Both the position numbers and the translations under genes were made by a program. Under the pieces are notes generated by a model. The model had not been told where the DNA came from. It did not search any database and saw only the letters and a program-made list of their open reading frames with translations. Below are positions 45,835 to 61,300 of a DNA stretch of 64,000 bases, piece after piece (within the stretch, counting starts at the first letter, position 1; each line of letters opens with the position of its first letter). Location: NCBI GenBank assembly GCA_002633005.1, contig NMRA01000258.1, positions 62,001 through 126,000 of the forward strand, written 5' to 3'. This stretch comes from Phoronis australis. Lineage: Eukaryota; Animalia; Phoronida.

Positions 45835-47579
45835 GATGCGGTTGACCTACAAAGCAAAGCATACTTAGCTGTACACGCATGCTCACATACAACACAACTC
45901 AGGGTCCAACTTGACCCCTACCAGCTGGTGACATGCAACCTTCTATTACCAATGTCAATTTCAGCCTGAACCTACTTGCTAAATGTGACTTTTGGCAATT
46001 TCAAATTTTAATTCCTCACCTTACCAAACAGGACCAAAAAATTTAAAACCAGTAGTGCGAATAGCTGATTCACCTGAATTACCACAACAATTTTGGTGGA
46101 ATTTCTGTTTGACCAAGTTATGTGACCTGCAAGCATTTAAAGTGGATCTTGTACTCTAACTCCTTATCTCTGTCATTGCCTGGTCAAATCAGTTAGAAAC
46201 CCAACATATATGAAGTACATTGAAAATTGCCAAATGTTTTTAAGAATGCGTTTTGTGTCGAAAATGATCAACCGTAAATCACTCAATTGTGTCCAGTAAG
46301 TATCGTGGTGTGGTGTTGGGGAAAAACACTGCAAGATACGGGCTTTGTGAGCCCCTTAGGCATGTCATTAGGTCAAAGGTCACCCATTTGCAGAATTTTT
46401 TGTTTCCACATTTACAAGTTGTTCTGCTATACATCAATATAGTTAGCAGCATGCAAATACATCTTAACATCTGAAAGGTTCACATATCATCGTCACTTTG
46501 ATCATCTGTGTGCCAATTCCAAATCAGTAATCAAATCTTCCTTAGTGAGACTGATACAAATTTGAGAAATCCTATTAGAAAAATTTTACTTCTCTTAATT
46601 ATGGACATCAGACTGATATAAACACTATTGATGTAGATCAAAATTGTGTTTTTGTATATTACTTGTACTATATTGATAACAAAACGTTTTAAGTGCATTT
46701 TCCTTAAGGTACACTGGTTGAAGTGATCCCCAGGTAACACTTCACTGATTATACTTACTTGTATTTACATCAAAACTCTTGGTGTTTTCCTTAAAGTGCG
46801 AATGTGTATGCAAAATGTTCTTGGCTACTGCCAAATTCATCCCCATAATGTTTATGTTTTGATGGTTTATTTAGGTCACTTAACTAGGTGAGGCAGTACC
46901 AAAACATATTCGGAGAAGGCAGAAATCAACAAGCTGCTACACAACTTTCAAAGTTGGTGCAAGGATAACTATCAACTGTTAGATAAAGTTACTCATTCAT
47001 TTAAAATTCTATCCATATTTAGTAAATTATCGGCGAAGTGACTCCGAACTGCAATGGCTTAGAACTACCACTTGGACATTGAATACTAAAGCTTAGACAG
47101 GGTTAAGCGTAATTAAGCTGTATCTTCCAGAATACAGGGTGGATTAGGATGTGCCACAGCCTATTTCTCAGCAGGTCTTTCCAGATACTAGCAGTCACCC
47201 ATTAACCCCGTCTGGAATTGGCAAATTTACTGTACTTCCACTAGCACACTGGTTAATGACCAAATTGACTTGGTCTCGAATAACGGGTAATGGGCGTTAC
47301 TGGTTGTCTTTTACTATTCAGAACCCGGGATAGTTGCATGTAACTTTCACTCTATCCCATTGATTCCTGACCAAAGGCTGTTGTTGTCTAAGCAAAGTTT
47401 AGAATATGTGAATGACTAATGACTGTGGGAGGCGTGTCACTGTCACCAATGTTCCGGGACTGGTCAACTCAGGGCAGACAGAGAAAAACACCGCTGGCTG
47501 TCAAGAGACAAATGCCAAGGTTTATACTATTGTCGCAACATTCTGTCAATACATACGCAAAAATATCAGTCTCAAAATA

Positions 47580-48010
47580 CTTACAGTGACAAATGCGTTA
47601 ACGGAATTTAAAATTACACGCCAGAACGATAACAAGAAATAAGTTTTGCCTCAGGAAGAGGGAGGTCACTGCCAAAAAATGGCCGCCATTCACTCGGCGC
47701 TGAAAAAGAGGCTCGATACACCCACTTCAAGAACAATCTGCGTTGGGCAAAGCACCCAACAAAAGCATTTTAGAGATTCAATTTATATTATATATCCAAA
47801 AGAAGAATCTAAATAATAACTATATGATAATAATATAGAAAATGTTTTGACACTATTTTTGCATTGAGGCTAAAAGCCACTGGAGAAGCAGAGCAAATCG
47901 ATCAACCAATCATATTCCAGAACCGGTCAGGGTCCAGGAATCGTGACGTCATTACCAAGGAGATCCAATGGACGTTCCAAGCCGAAATGACAAGAACAAG
48001 CAAGTAGAGG
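47580..48010. promoter_or_regulatory. Probable bidirectional promoter AP2A / DCDC1-like, with putative AP2A non-coding first exon ending at 47585
   Basis: Minus-strand donor gtaagt at 47584-47579, YY1-like AAAATGGCCGCC at ~47676-47687, CRE TGACGTCA at 47944-47951 abutting an X-box-like ATTACCAAGGAGAT. The region lies between two divergent genes. Confidence 0.5.
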
Positions 48011-49158
48011 ATGAATGCTGCTCTATAATCTTAACGCAGGCATCTGTTGTTTAAGTTAGTTTAAAAGGTGAGACATGAGAAACTGTGTAAAAGTGAATGA
48101 CATTGGAAATGTTGCTTGCTAAGTTGTAGGGTTCTTTTGTTATAACCCTTGAGTTGACAGTTTCTCTTTAGTTCAGACGACAAATAACAGATAACCACTC
48201 ACTAACTAAATAACTAAGTACTAGCATAATTAAAGACACGGGACTATCTAGGTAGAAACCTAGTGAAACACAATTTGGATTACATAAAAATTAAAGCCTT
48301 ACAAACAGTCTATGAAATGGTCCTAAAACTGATACTCATGACAGTCCATGACTATTTATCAACAACTTGCAGTAGAGACCATTGCCATCTCATAGGCCCT
48401 CCATACGCTGGAAGCATTTCGACAATAATGACACACTGATTAAACCATCAAATTTAGTCATATTTCTAAAAATACCTTTTGCACATAGACGAACACCTTA
48501 GGAGTCCGTTGGTCAGGTCTCTATAATTCTTTCCAACTCGTCCAAATACTCCTGTAATAAAACTTTTTTTGAACAGCCCTTTATTCAGTTGTCCAAACCG
48601 GCAACTGGTCTGATTTTTACGCTGCTCGTGCCAGGGGACATGATATGTCATACACACTTGTTGAGTATTTATCAAATAGGTTACAGGTGCTTGATGGTTT
48701 TATTTTTAATTCACGGACCCATTGCTTGATGCGGACCTTTATTAAATTGCCAAAGTATGCTGCAACACCCCGCAATTAGTGTCTCAACTGATTGTTTTTT
48801 GGTTTTAAAAGTCTGTATCAGTTATCAGCTGGAAAGTATGCTCAGGGAGTCTAACGTTAACCCTGGCAGCAAATAACGACCTCTTTTTGGCTCAACTTGA
48901 GGTATGCAGCTTAGTCCTGGCCTTGGTGTAAAGCTGTTTTCAGGTTCAGTTCAATGCTCAGCTAGCTATCAGGGTGCAGCTAAGTAATGAAGGCTATATG
49001 CCCAATAACCAACTTAAGTTTCATAATCCTTACACCATTTAAAAGAAGTGCCAGTTGGTTCTACAAGGTTTTTAACACCAAGACAAGATATAGCATCTTC
49101 AACTCCCTGAGTTCACAGAGTCTTAATTTCACCACTTTAATCCATCTGTTTCAGAAGT

Positions 49159-49325
49159 ATGTCTCAGCCAGGGACTGGCAAAGCCCGGTGTGGTCTTGAT
49201 AGGCCCACAAGTGCAGGTAAACCCCCCAAACCACCACGCAGTACTGGTACTGCCAGTTACGAAGACTTGATTGTAGCTCAGTACCTGGATGGAATTAAGA
49301 AAGAGCCCCCATATGCCAAGCCAGG
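49159..49325 (+). CDS. DCDC1: DCDC1-like coding exon 1
   Basis: MSQPGTGKARCGLDRPTSAG...SYEDLIVAQYLDGIKKEPPYAKP|gtaagt; acceptor at 49154. Confidence 0.7.
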
Positions 49326-52300
49326 GTAAGTCACTTGTTCTCTTCTAAGAAACATGTTATCTTTAAAAACCTTTGTTTATTTCTATGTATTGGGGTAGAA
49401 CCGTTTTGAAAGATTTTAATACGTGAATTCTAATTTTACATAATGCATTGTGGACTGAGCTTTTGTAAATGATTGCTTGGTTTGTCTCCTTGAATTTGAT
49501 TCATTGTAGTTTCTCCTGAAATTTTACCATTGAACTAATTAGCACTGCATGAAATAGCTTAAGTAATTAGAGCACTCTGTTTCACATGCCCTGACTTAAT
49601 TCAGAAAGAATGCTCATTAAGTCAACCTTTCTGAATAAATTACTTGAATTCACATCCTAAGCAAAAAGCTTAAGTGGTCTATTTTCAACCAATTGTTTCC
49701 TAAATTCCCAATGATTGAAAAATCTTAATTCAATATTGTCTTAAAATCTGGGATAATTGAAGTGCCTCTAAATATAAAGATATCTCAAGTCTTCATTTTT
49801 GAAGGCAGATGTCTCTGTTGTTCAAAAGAGAAACAAAAATCTTAGGCATGGGTCCCTCGGCCATGAACGATAAAATAAGTTTACAATTTCAGAGAATTGA
49901 CCCACGCTCTGCAAAGAAATCAATGTTCAAAACTACTGAAAGCAATGAAAAAGCTGTTAACGATATGCAACGTAATTGATTTAACATGAGAAGTCTTGGA
50001 ATGATGTGAACTGGTGCCAAATATCTTAGTTTTATTGGGAAACTTGCATTAAAAAATTCAAACTCGTGTAGGTTTTCAAATTTGACGCAAGTAAGTCGAA
50101 TTGATCAAGTTATAGCTGAAACCCAGCAACAGATCAAAACAGGTTGCAGAGCCCCCTAGTTTGTGTTTATGTCATACTGTGCCTCACTTAATGAGTGACA
50201 CATCCCAAACTGCTAAAAAGCCATAGACTGTTTGTGACTAATGCCTTTCCTCTTGCAGAGATAAACAAACTCCATCTCCATACCTTCAAAAACTTCCACA
50301 CACAAACATAGTGCCCACTCCAGGAATGGTCAATGGTGCCCAGCAAGGGGATCGCAGTCGTCCTGTCTCTGCGTCAGCCGCTGGACGTTCGCGGTCAACT
50401 GGTAAACCAAAAATTGACGCAAAGTTCATTGCTGACCCTAGCTTATGGGACCCTGCCACACCCAGAGATGCAAAGGATAAGTCAATGAGGAGGCGCCCCT
50501 TGAGTGCTCCCGCTGCAAAATACAGGTGTGTACTGATCTATGTGTCGTAACTTACTGGTCAAGTATTCCTCTGCTATACAAATTGGATTCACTCATGGCC
50601 TCATGCAGTGTTTGTAAATTACAGGGCTGATATGGCATTGAAATCAGTTTGAATTGTTTATATTGTACGCCATTCATAATCTGGCTAAAACACTGGAAGA
50701 ATTTTCACCAGCAATTAATATGTTGAGAGCGAATTCAAAACACCAGGAGCATGTAAGTGGTTGCACAGAATTCTTTTCTGGAGCTTTTGTAGTGGTTTTA
50801 GTTATGTCAAAATTGTAGGCATTTCCATCAGTACTTTTGGTACCAGACAACTTACTGCATAGGACACTCGTGCACTGATGAACGAAGCCTTTGCTTACCA
50901 CTACATTGATTATAATAATTTATTGCCCTGAGGAATTTGTGCTTTGACAACAATTTTCACTTTAAAAGCAGTTTGAGTGGAACGCCTGCATTTTGTCACT
51001 GACCAATTGCTAGACTAAGTGTTTTCACCAATCATGTCAGTGAATCTACTATTAGATATAAACACTATTTACCATGTTTCGACACGCAATTATGTAACCA
51101 GGATAATCCGTAGATAAGCCCATGGGCATGTATTCGGAAAATGAAAATTTTCAGGCGTTTAGTAACACCAAATAAATGCCCAGGTGTTTGTTCGGAAAAG
51201 GGGGGCCTATAAACAGAAAGTCATAGTTTTGCCGACTTTGACATTTTTATGCACCAAACATATTTATATGTGGACGCATTATGCCGTCATATCCGTCCGG
51301 CGTCTGGTGTCCGGCGTCTGGTGTCCGGCGTCCGGCGTCCGGCGTCCGGCGTCTGCTGCTCTATCTCTAAAACGCCTTGACGTATCTTCATGAAATTTTG
51401 CACATGTGTTCCTTCTGTGGATGGGACGGCATGAGCGAACTTTTGGACAGATCCGACTACCGGTGTGCCCCCTATTGGCAATTTTAGTTTCTTACGTTTA
51501 CCTCTGTATCTTCAAAAGTCCTGAACGGAATTTCATAAAATTTGGTATATTGGCACCTATTAGTGAGATGACATTGTCCTCCCGTTTTTGAATGGATTCA
51601 ACGTAGTTTGCACCACCTAGTGGCCAGTTTTACTGTTTTCGAGTCTTCCCCACTATCAACCAAACCACTCAAAGGATGATTGTGAAAATTGGCACGTATG
51701 TTCTGACTATGAAGTGGACGGATGATGATGATTTTCCGACGATTTCGACTACTGTGGCGCCTGCTAGTGGCAGTTTTTTTTTTTTTGCGCCTATGGCTGT
51801 ATCTTCTAAACCGTTCGAAGGTTTTTTACTAAATTTAATAAATTAGTGTATTTATATGATGTTGACAACGGAGGACAACGACTTTCGAACGGATCTAACT
51901 ACTGGTGTGCCACCTAGTGACAATTTCATTTTTTTACGTTTACCTCTGTATGTTCAAAGGTCCTCACCGTATTTTCATAAATTTGGCATAGAGGCATCTG
52001 TTAATGAGGTGACGCAATCTCTCCGTTTTCAGATGGATTCGACCTAGTTTGCACCATCTAGTGGCCACTTTTACTGTTTTCGAGTAATGGCTGACATTGG
52101 AGCATTGCACAAAGGTGTCTCTTTTTCCTCTGAGCTTTTTCTTACTTGTGAATATGTGCAAGGGATTGATCGAGAAACTGGGTATAATTGCAAAAGCAAT
52201 TTCTGGGGCTTTGCTCATATTTTATTTTACTTTAATATGTGTTTTTAAATTTTATGTTAATAAATGCATAGTTCGCCAACACCTTGCTCATTTTCATAAA

Positions 52301-55300
52301 TGGTAAATGCTCCAAAAAACGGAATTTGTGACAAAAAGTTGACGCTGAGTGGGTTTTAATGAGGAAATTTTCCGAATAAATGCCCCACTATCTGGGCGCT
52401 TCACACCAAGAGTTGTAAAACCAAATAAACACCCATAGGCGTTTATATGGTATAATTTTCTGAATAACTCCCATGGGCATTTCGTCTTGTGGGCTTATCA
52501 GCGGAAAATCCTGGTATGATCTTTCTGAATGTTCACATTCTTGATAACACTGTATGTCAGTTTCCAAACAACATGAAAGTGGAGGATAACTGATTTTCAT
52601 GCAATTGAGCACAATATTCTGATGACTTATATATAAACATGTTGCATCTCTTGCAATTGTCTCACTATAATCTCATTAAACTCTGTCTTGTAACTCAATG
52701 GCAGCTATTGTTACGCAGTGATTACAAGTGTCAAACCTGATTACCATGCAGCCGAGAGTGTTTTTAATGCAAAAACCTTGTTCCTCATCTTGTTTATCAA
52801 TTATTCATTAACTTGTCATAAATGTTTTGAACGTTGCCTTAGTGAATAATTTCAGTGAACAATATTGTCACTTGTCCTTGAGCTAGGTAATACCTGTCTC
52901 CACCATTGTTCAGTAAACTGTTCTGATTTTAATAAGTTCGTGAATGTTTCTGCTTTTCAAAGGTGCCACAGGCGGTAAGAGATTGATGTTGTTAATAGAT
53001 AGAATGTAATATGTTATTTTCTTCTCTGTAGATCTTGGACTATTATGTCCATACTAAAGTAGAACCTCTTTGTTTCACAATTTAAACAGAGTCTAACTTA
53101 CAGTTTGGTAGCCCGTTAAGTCAGTAATACTCGGTTTCTTTTGTTACAATATTGTTTAATAGATGGACACGAGCTCACAATCAATTTGTTACTCAGCCAG
53201 ACTGTAGTATATCCATTATGTATCAGTTATATTCTGTTTGACTTAATGTGCCTCATAGTTGGAGGTAGTTCATGGACAGAGAGTATTATTTGGAGTTTCC
53301 AAGAAGTCCAGCAGTTTGTATTGTAATTAACCCAAAGCATAACTCCATGCTACAGTAAACATGGAGTGGCTTATGTTATACATCTCTTTCTTATGTAACA
53401 ATCGTTCACTTCATTATGTACTTAACACCTGTCCAGTCATTTGGTAATGAGGAAAGGTTTGGAACTTTGCTCCAAAATGTTGACCTGGACTTTTAAATCT
53501 GAGAATGACTTAAATAATTGTATAAGACTGCAGTGTTTTATCAACATTACTACTCTGTCATATGTATCATTGAAGCTCTTGTTTGTTCAGTTATTCAAGT
53601 TGCTTAATGTTTCTTCCAGACGCCCTGTATCTGCCTATACCAGCCCGTGTGGGCGCAAATCAAAGCCTCTTTATCGCCAGATTTCTCGCCCTGTTGTGGC
53701 CACTGCTTTTAAGAATGGAACCAGAGATGTGTATGCGCGGATAGCAGTGCCATCTATCAAAATGGTTTGTATTAAGGAATAGTAGATTGTGTTAAGCTCA
53801 AGAAATATGTCATTTTATGATGCAATGCTTTTCGAAAATACATTCAAGTCATTTTATTTGATTACTGTTGTGTCAGTTTACAAAAACTGAAGTGTCAGAA
53901 CATATTTTTGCGTGATTTAACAGCTGCATATAATTTTATTGTGAATCTATGATATGTACTTTTTTCAAAGTTGTTAGATTAAAAGATAATCGTTAAGGCG
54001 CCAGGTGTTTTTGCTGTTTAAATATTACTAACTAATAGTTTGCTATGTGTAGTTAGCTGTACTGTAGTCAGTCACCTGTGATTAACTGCATAATGACTAA
54101 TGTTCCTGTTAGCTGTTGGAGATGTGCACAACCAAGCTGCAGTTAACGTCAGCTGCACGACGTGTATTCCTGGATGACGGATTAGAGGTGTGGCATGTTG
54201 AAGACATCCCGCGGGACTCAGAGATATACATCTCACAAGGAGAAGACTTCAAGAACCCGTACAAGACAGCAAAAGGTCAGTGCATGATCCTGGCACTTCA
54301 AATTGAAACCTTGCTTGTGTTCTTGACTTTCTTTTATTAGTATTTTGTAAACCATGATCTGTTATGCCTCTTGGAATAATTCATATTGAATTTAATAAGA
54401 GTTATCTGTATCACTAGTGGTGTTGTCAAATTCTTTACTTTTAGATTAATTTCATAATATTTGTAAGGGCTTGTTTTTGTAATATTTTTGTTGATGTATA
54501 TTATGTATCCATGCCTTCAAATCAAAAATTGCAAAGAATTCTTGGTCAACTGCAGATAATGAGTAAAATATCAGCCATTCTGGAACTTAATGGAAATGTT
54601 CCTCCTATCATTAGAAGGCTAAGATGCTACTTTGGCAAGGGGGTTGACTCTGTAGATGGAATCCTCAGAATTGGAATCAAACAGAAACTGATTGTGATAC
54701 TGACATCACTCAAGCCCAACTGTGTTATGAGGCTCAAGTTTATTTAATTCTTGGTCGAAGGCTATTGGACTATTTCAAATTTTTATTTAAAAAATGTTGC
54801 AGGGCACTTCCTTTTTCCACAAATTTGCCAAAATTAACCCATCTTGCAGACATCCCGAGAAGTAGTGGAATTTTTTAAATTTTGATCATCTCTGCAAAGT
54901 AGTAGTCAATAGTTTCTCAATTCTCTAGTGAGTGCACCATCCTTAGCCTGATTGCAACTAAGTGTATATTTTTTAGCAATATCTCAACACAATAATTTAT
55001 CCATTCAACTGGTATATTTTTTTCAGACAATAATAAACTAAAGGCATCTGCCAGCTGGACTATGAATGGAGTTGTTTTCCAAAATGAGCCCAAAAAGAGG
55101 AAGAAGAAGTGTATGCTGTCCAAAAGATTCAGGTACTCGTCATCTACATTCAAAATTTTGTTTCATAGTTTTAGCATTTTAGTTTCAGAACTTATCAGAG
55201 TAGAGATTCATTGGCTGTAAAACATTAGCTTGCAAAGATCGTGGCAAAAATTCCTTCACTTTTAATTGGACATCCCATTATCTTGCTAGGATAGGCTAGT

Positions 55301-58300
55301 AAGCTCCGAAGCACACTCACGAAACTCTTGCCTTTCACTCGCGTGCTTTTGCGAGTCTTTGCTCTTCTCATGTCAAGGAACTGTGTCTATGCAATGGTGG
55401 GGTATTGATGAAGCTGGCTCACTTTCAGTACATTGAATGTGAACAGTATTTTGTAATTTAGTAGCTACTGACTTGCTCTTTTTGAATTCTGTGCTGATAA
55501 CATAACTGCTGCCTTGTAAAGTAAATCAGTGTGCCAGTCCCCAGGTAAATTGATTTTTGAATTCATCTCATTACAGAGAGTTGAACTTTGGTGCTGGTAA
55601 AACTCGCCGTGTTCTGGTCTTCAGGAATGGAAAGGGAGTTGAACCTATTGAAGTGGTAGCTAACTTGGACAATTATGATGAAGTAAGTGTTTTGTCATAA
55701 TTAATTATTAGGTGTTCTCTCTTCAGGTTGGTTCCGTACTCAATAATAGTAATAGTTTAATAAACTCCTAGTTGTACAGAAATCAAAATTAACAAACTTC
55801 AGTAAACTGTCTATTTAAACATGAAATTTGGAGATCCTTCGTGTGTTGATTATAGAATGCTTTCTATTCCATGCCGAAGGCGGAGGGCAAATAGTAAATA
55901 GTAGCGTCACTCTGTCCATCTGTTCATCCATCCATGCAGACAAATTTCCTGTGTTCAACTTCTACGTTTTCTCACCAGATGACAACCAAACTTTAAAAAA
56001 ACAAACTTTTAAATTGCCATTATAATACATGTCATCGGTGTTTTGCGATTTGTCTGAGTTTTCTAGAATAATAGCCCAATCTTGATTTTCACGCATGCGT
56101 GTAAAGAAACCTTCTGTGCACAACGACCTACAAAAACATCCAGTGACTGCACTAACATCATTGTAACACTGGATCAGTCATAATGACATGATATGTTGTT
56201 AAAAATTCAACTCCTCTAAAACCCTATTATCCACGTCGATTGTTACCTTACCCATGATGAGCTGAGGACTGCCTGTGTATCATTTGAACTTATAACGCAG
56301 TGTTACCTGTTGATATATCAGACATGCACTAAGTGCATGTGTACACTATAAGTAGCCAGTGTGTCACTGACGGTAATAATTTTATTTTGAGAAGAATCCT
56401 AAATCATTTAATCAATGGACATTTGTTAACAAAATGTCTGGTCAGCATGCCACCTGTTTGCCACATCACGTGACATAATGAATATAAGTCAGAAAAGATT
56501 TCTGCCCCAACCGGCATTAGGTCATGTGATGTGACCAACTGGTGGCGTGTTAACCATTAAAATTTTAAAATGTTTGCAATCTACATTAAATATTTTCCAC
56601 GCTGGTTTAAGATTCGCATAAGGTATATATATTATAACCATTATCACACAATATTTTCCATTCATGGCCGTATTTCAGATAGGTTTGAATTGAAATCAGT
56701 GTCAACGAGAAGTGTTAAATGCCTTCTTTGCTCTTTCAGTTTCTGATCCCGTGCACAGCCAAGTTGAACCTGACTAGTCATGCTAAGATACTGTTTGACT
56801 GGGAGGGGAATGAGATATTTGATCTTCATGACAGTGAGTTGTTGTTTTATTTTCCAGTATTACAGTGACCAGGTTTAATATTACAGTGTTCAGATATAAG
56901 GTTTAGTCTGGGCAATATTAAGGTGACCAAGTTCAATTTTGTAAATGTGAATCAGTTCAAGTTCGGGTTTCTAATGATCACTGTATTGCAATTAACTTCT
57001 GAATTGTCAAGTTCAATAGTTTTCTAATGAGCAGACTATTCAGCTAATAAGAGGTGAAGTTTGTTAGTCACTGAATTCAAATCATAATAATCATTAAGGC
57101 CATTCAATTCTTTCCTGAGAAATTTTTGTTTAATACGTTCAACCCAGTAAACTTACTAGATGTTGCTTTGCATCTCAAGTCATATGAGGTTCGCGTATTT
57201 GGGTGAACTATAGACAACTAGTATTTTGTAGTGACGAAGTAGTGATCTTGGTTTTGAATTGTGCAGGATTGCATGGCTACATTCTGTAAACACGAGACAC
57301 TCACGAGACACTTGTGGCAGAAATCTTTGCTATGGAATGAAATTGTTATTTTGTTCCCATAATTCAACATTCAAGTCTTACCAGCCATTTACTAAAAATA
57401 TGTAAGTAAGGCCTTATTAATTTTGCTTGTTGTGCATGATCTTGCATTTCTACAGAACATATATCCCAGGTAAATAAGGTGCATATTTCAAAAGTTCAGA
57501 ACATTTGTATAGAACACGTTCTATACAAACCATATCTTCTCTGTCAGATCTTCTCACTTTATTTCAGTTCCTGTCCTAGACAAGTGTCTTCAGACATGGA
57601 CCACGCCAGTTCTTGGTCCAGTCTGGGTATCTCTGGGTGAGGGCTTCAGTCCGTCCGGTGTACAGATATTCCTTCTGGATATTATAAGGGAGTGCAGAGA
57701 CAGAGTCAAGCAGTCTGAACATTACAAGTCTCAGGTAACTAGTTCTATTTTGGGGAAATGCACTAAATTCTGACTGTACTTTTCATTGAAATTTCAATGC
57801 ACTGCTTTCCAATTTTGTCTACTGATTGGATAGAATTTGCCCTAAACATAATGCTTTAAAATTTAACATTTTTGAAAGTGGGAAACATCTGTTAGAGAGA
57901 GGAAAATCATTTGAATATATTTGGAATTAGCATTTTTTATGATACTGATTTTAAAGGTATCACATGTTCTAGTTCTGCAGTGGAATGTTGGACCCATGAT
58001 TTTCTCAACCAAGGTTTAAACTAAGCTACATTTTGCTCTGTTTAGTTGGCTAAAAAATGAAAATCAGTTGTAGACCTTTACTCTGACTTGTGAATATTCA
58101 TTATCATATGATCCGATTCTATTGTTTTGACAACAAGAGCATCAAAACCATGTTTCAACGACTCACATTAAAACACTTCATATTTTATTGGTGTTCGTCT
58201 ACTTCATAATACTGCATTGACAGTAACGGCGCTTGGAGAGGGTACATTCAATAACGACGCTTGAACAGGATACATTCAAAAACGGCGCTTGGACAGAGTA

Positions 58301-61300
58301 CATTCTGAACGGCGCATTGACAGGATACATTCAATAACACGGTGCTTGGACAGGGTACATTCAATAACAGTGCTTGGACAGGGTACATTCAATAACAGTG
58401 CTTGGACAGGGTACACTCAATAACGGCGCATGTACAGGTTACATTCCCTGTGACTGCAGTTGGTAACAGAAATGGAATTGTATCACTGTACTGAATATTA
58501 TGGAATGATTTTGTTTGAGGAACATGTCTAATTTCATTTTATCAGCTGAATAGTGTGAAATGCAGCTTTTAAGTCTAGGTTTGTTTCTACTGTGCTGTCA
58601 TCTGTACCTACCTGTCTGATCTTTGTGACCATTGTTTTGTTAATTTTTGTAGTTGGAGCTGACAAAGGGTGGGGATGAGGAGCGAGCTAAGATCACTATC
58701 ACCGCCATCTTGTCTATGAGTCGAACGGAAGTGGACGAAACACTGAACATTGTATGTAACTCTGCAATGCGTTCATGTTATGTACTTTGATTTAGGTGTT
58801 AGGTGTTGCTGACTGTTATGTTCTCAGTGTGGCTGTTGTAACCATACAGAGATAGCAAGGCTTCGAGTCAGTGCTCTTGTGGGTCCATAAATCTCCATCT
58901 TTCAAAATATCATAATACAGCGTTAGGTGAAAAAAAAATAATGGACAGTGTTAAATAGCTTGGATTATATCAAAATTTAGCTCATATTTGACTGAAAGTA
59001 AATCAAGTCAATATTGACCACTGGCTGGTTCTTGGCTTACACCATTGATGATGTGACAACTGCCAGTTAAAGCCGGGAAACTCGATTATATAACATTTTG
59101 TCATAGAGGTAATGCTTAATGATATTTGCGAGCACAATATTCTGGCCAATGAGAAGGCCTGGTTCAAGTCACACAATATTCTGGCCAATGAGAAGGACTG
59201 GTTCAAGTCACACAATATTCTGGCCAATGAGAAGGACTGGTTCAAGTCACACAATATTCTGGCCAATGAGAAGGACTGGTGTAAGTAGTGAGAAGCGTCT
59301 GAGTTTAACAGTTTATGTAGACTTTGGAAGAGTATGGATTGGACACTGATTAAATTTTCCAAATGAATGTAATAATCATGGTAGTTGTAAGCCTGGGATT
59401 TACATCACGCAATCTTATTTGTCTGTTTCTATACTAAATATCACAATTTAGATGATTTCTAAATCTAGTACTGGATTTGAATGTGGAAGCTGATCACATG
59501 AATTTATCAGTAATAGTTCTACCTCTCCTTTAGGTCGAGAAAGACATTGAGGATCACAATAGCGCCATCAGCAGAATGAAGTCGCAATTGAAGAAGATAA
59601 AGGAAGGTGCAGGGGAGGAACAGGTATGGCGCCATCTATTGAGAGTAATTAGGAAACAATTGTATCAATTTCCTTAAACAAGAGCAGTTAGTCACAGACT
59701 GGATGAGGATTGAATCAATTTATTTGATAATGTACAATAACGTCACCCTTCAGTCATAAGCTGACACTTGACAGTCAAAAATCTATTTTGATGTAAAATT
59801 AAAAGTCCTCACAAAGATTGGCAGTTATGTAGGACCTCGGCAAAAGGTCCAAATTTGGCTAAATTTGGCCCATCATGTTAGAAATAGTTGATCGGATTTT
59901 TATGAAGCTTTCAGACACTATGTTGTATGTAGAGTTCTTCAAAACGTTCAGGTTACATATTGTTACATATTGTTACATATTGTTACATATTGTTACATAT
60001 TGTTCCACTTTTACATGAACAACTATGAAAAATATGATTTTTATGATTTTTATGAAAAAGTAATCAAATGAATTTAAAAGTTGCATAAAACAAAAACAAA
60101 ATGATCTTACTGCAGCGTGCTTTAGTTTGAGATTTCATCTTAAACAGTTATATCAAACAAAATGTGGCAACTGTTAATGATACCATTATTGTGCTATAAG
60201 CGTATATTTTTTGTTTTAAAAAAGGCATGATCACGTGACCCAATTAATGGCAGATTGATAAAAAATCAAAAACCAGAAATTCTTTTAATAAAGCTAAATT
60301 CTCTTTTCAAAAATATGCTTTGTAAATAGACTGTTTTTTTAAAGTTTTGTATATCTGTAGCTAAATACACAAACTTGTAGATAAGGTCTTACATAATTAT
60401 CAAGCTTAATTAGTGATATTGGCTGCAACATCTTTGACTCTATTTTAAGCCTACTGAGACGTATCTGTTGTAGTTTGAAGGACATGAGTATCGCATGAAA
60501 CATATCAAGAAGTTTGAGACAAATGATCGAATCGTGGGAACCGCTGGTATCAAGCTTAAGGTGAGCAGTAAAGGCTCACTTGGCTTTGGAGGTGGAGTTT
60601 TTGTATTAGTTCTTGGATTCAGTAATTTATTGTCCATTTGCTGTCTGATATACATACTATCTAATGTAAACTAATTGCACATCCTTGAGAGAAAGTTGGA
60701 TAATATTCTTGTGTGACATTCGTCCAGTTGTCTTTTAGAAAGGAACTAGGAATGATGTGATGTCATATACTAATGATTTGTAGTAATTGTTAGGTGTATG
60801 ATAATGGTACAGATGACCAGGAACATGTGATGTACTTCAACATGCGAGACCTAACTAAAGGTATGAAGGCAATGACGGCAGACGAGAAGAAAAAGATGAT
60901 GATGGAGCGGGTGAGTGTGGCCCAAGGTGTTGCTAACACAGCGTAGAACTAACATGGTGGGGCTAACAAAGGGTGGGGATATTGTGGGGATACCATGGGG
61001 TGGGTATAGAGCAGGTGGGATAACATGTAGAGGTATTTCATGGGTAGGAATGGTGTGGGGTTGAGACAGTATGGCGTGAGGGTAGAATGGGGTGGGATAA
61101 CATGTGATGGGGATAGCATTTAGAGGTATTGCATGGGGTGGGGATTGTATGGGGTGAGGATAGCATAGGGTGTGTACAGCACAGGGTGGACTGGCATGGT
61201 TAGAGGCTTTCTCAGAGAGGAGATAGTAAAGGATGTGGATAGCACAGATATTGAGACTAGCACATGTGAAGGGAAGGTGCTATGGATTATGTGATTAGAT

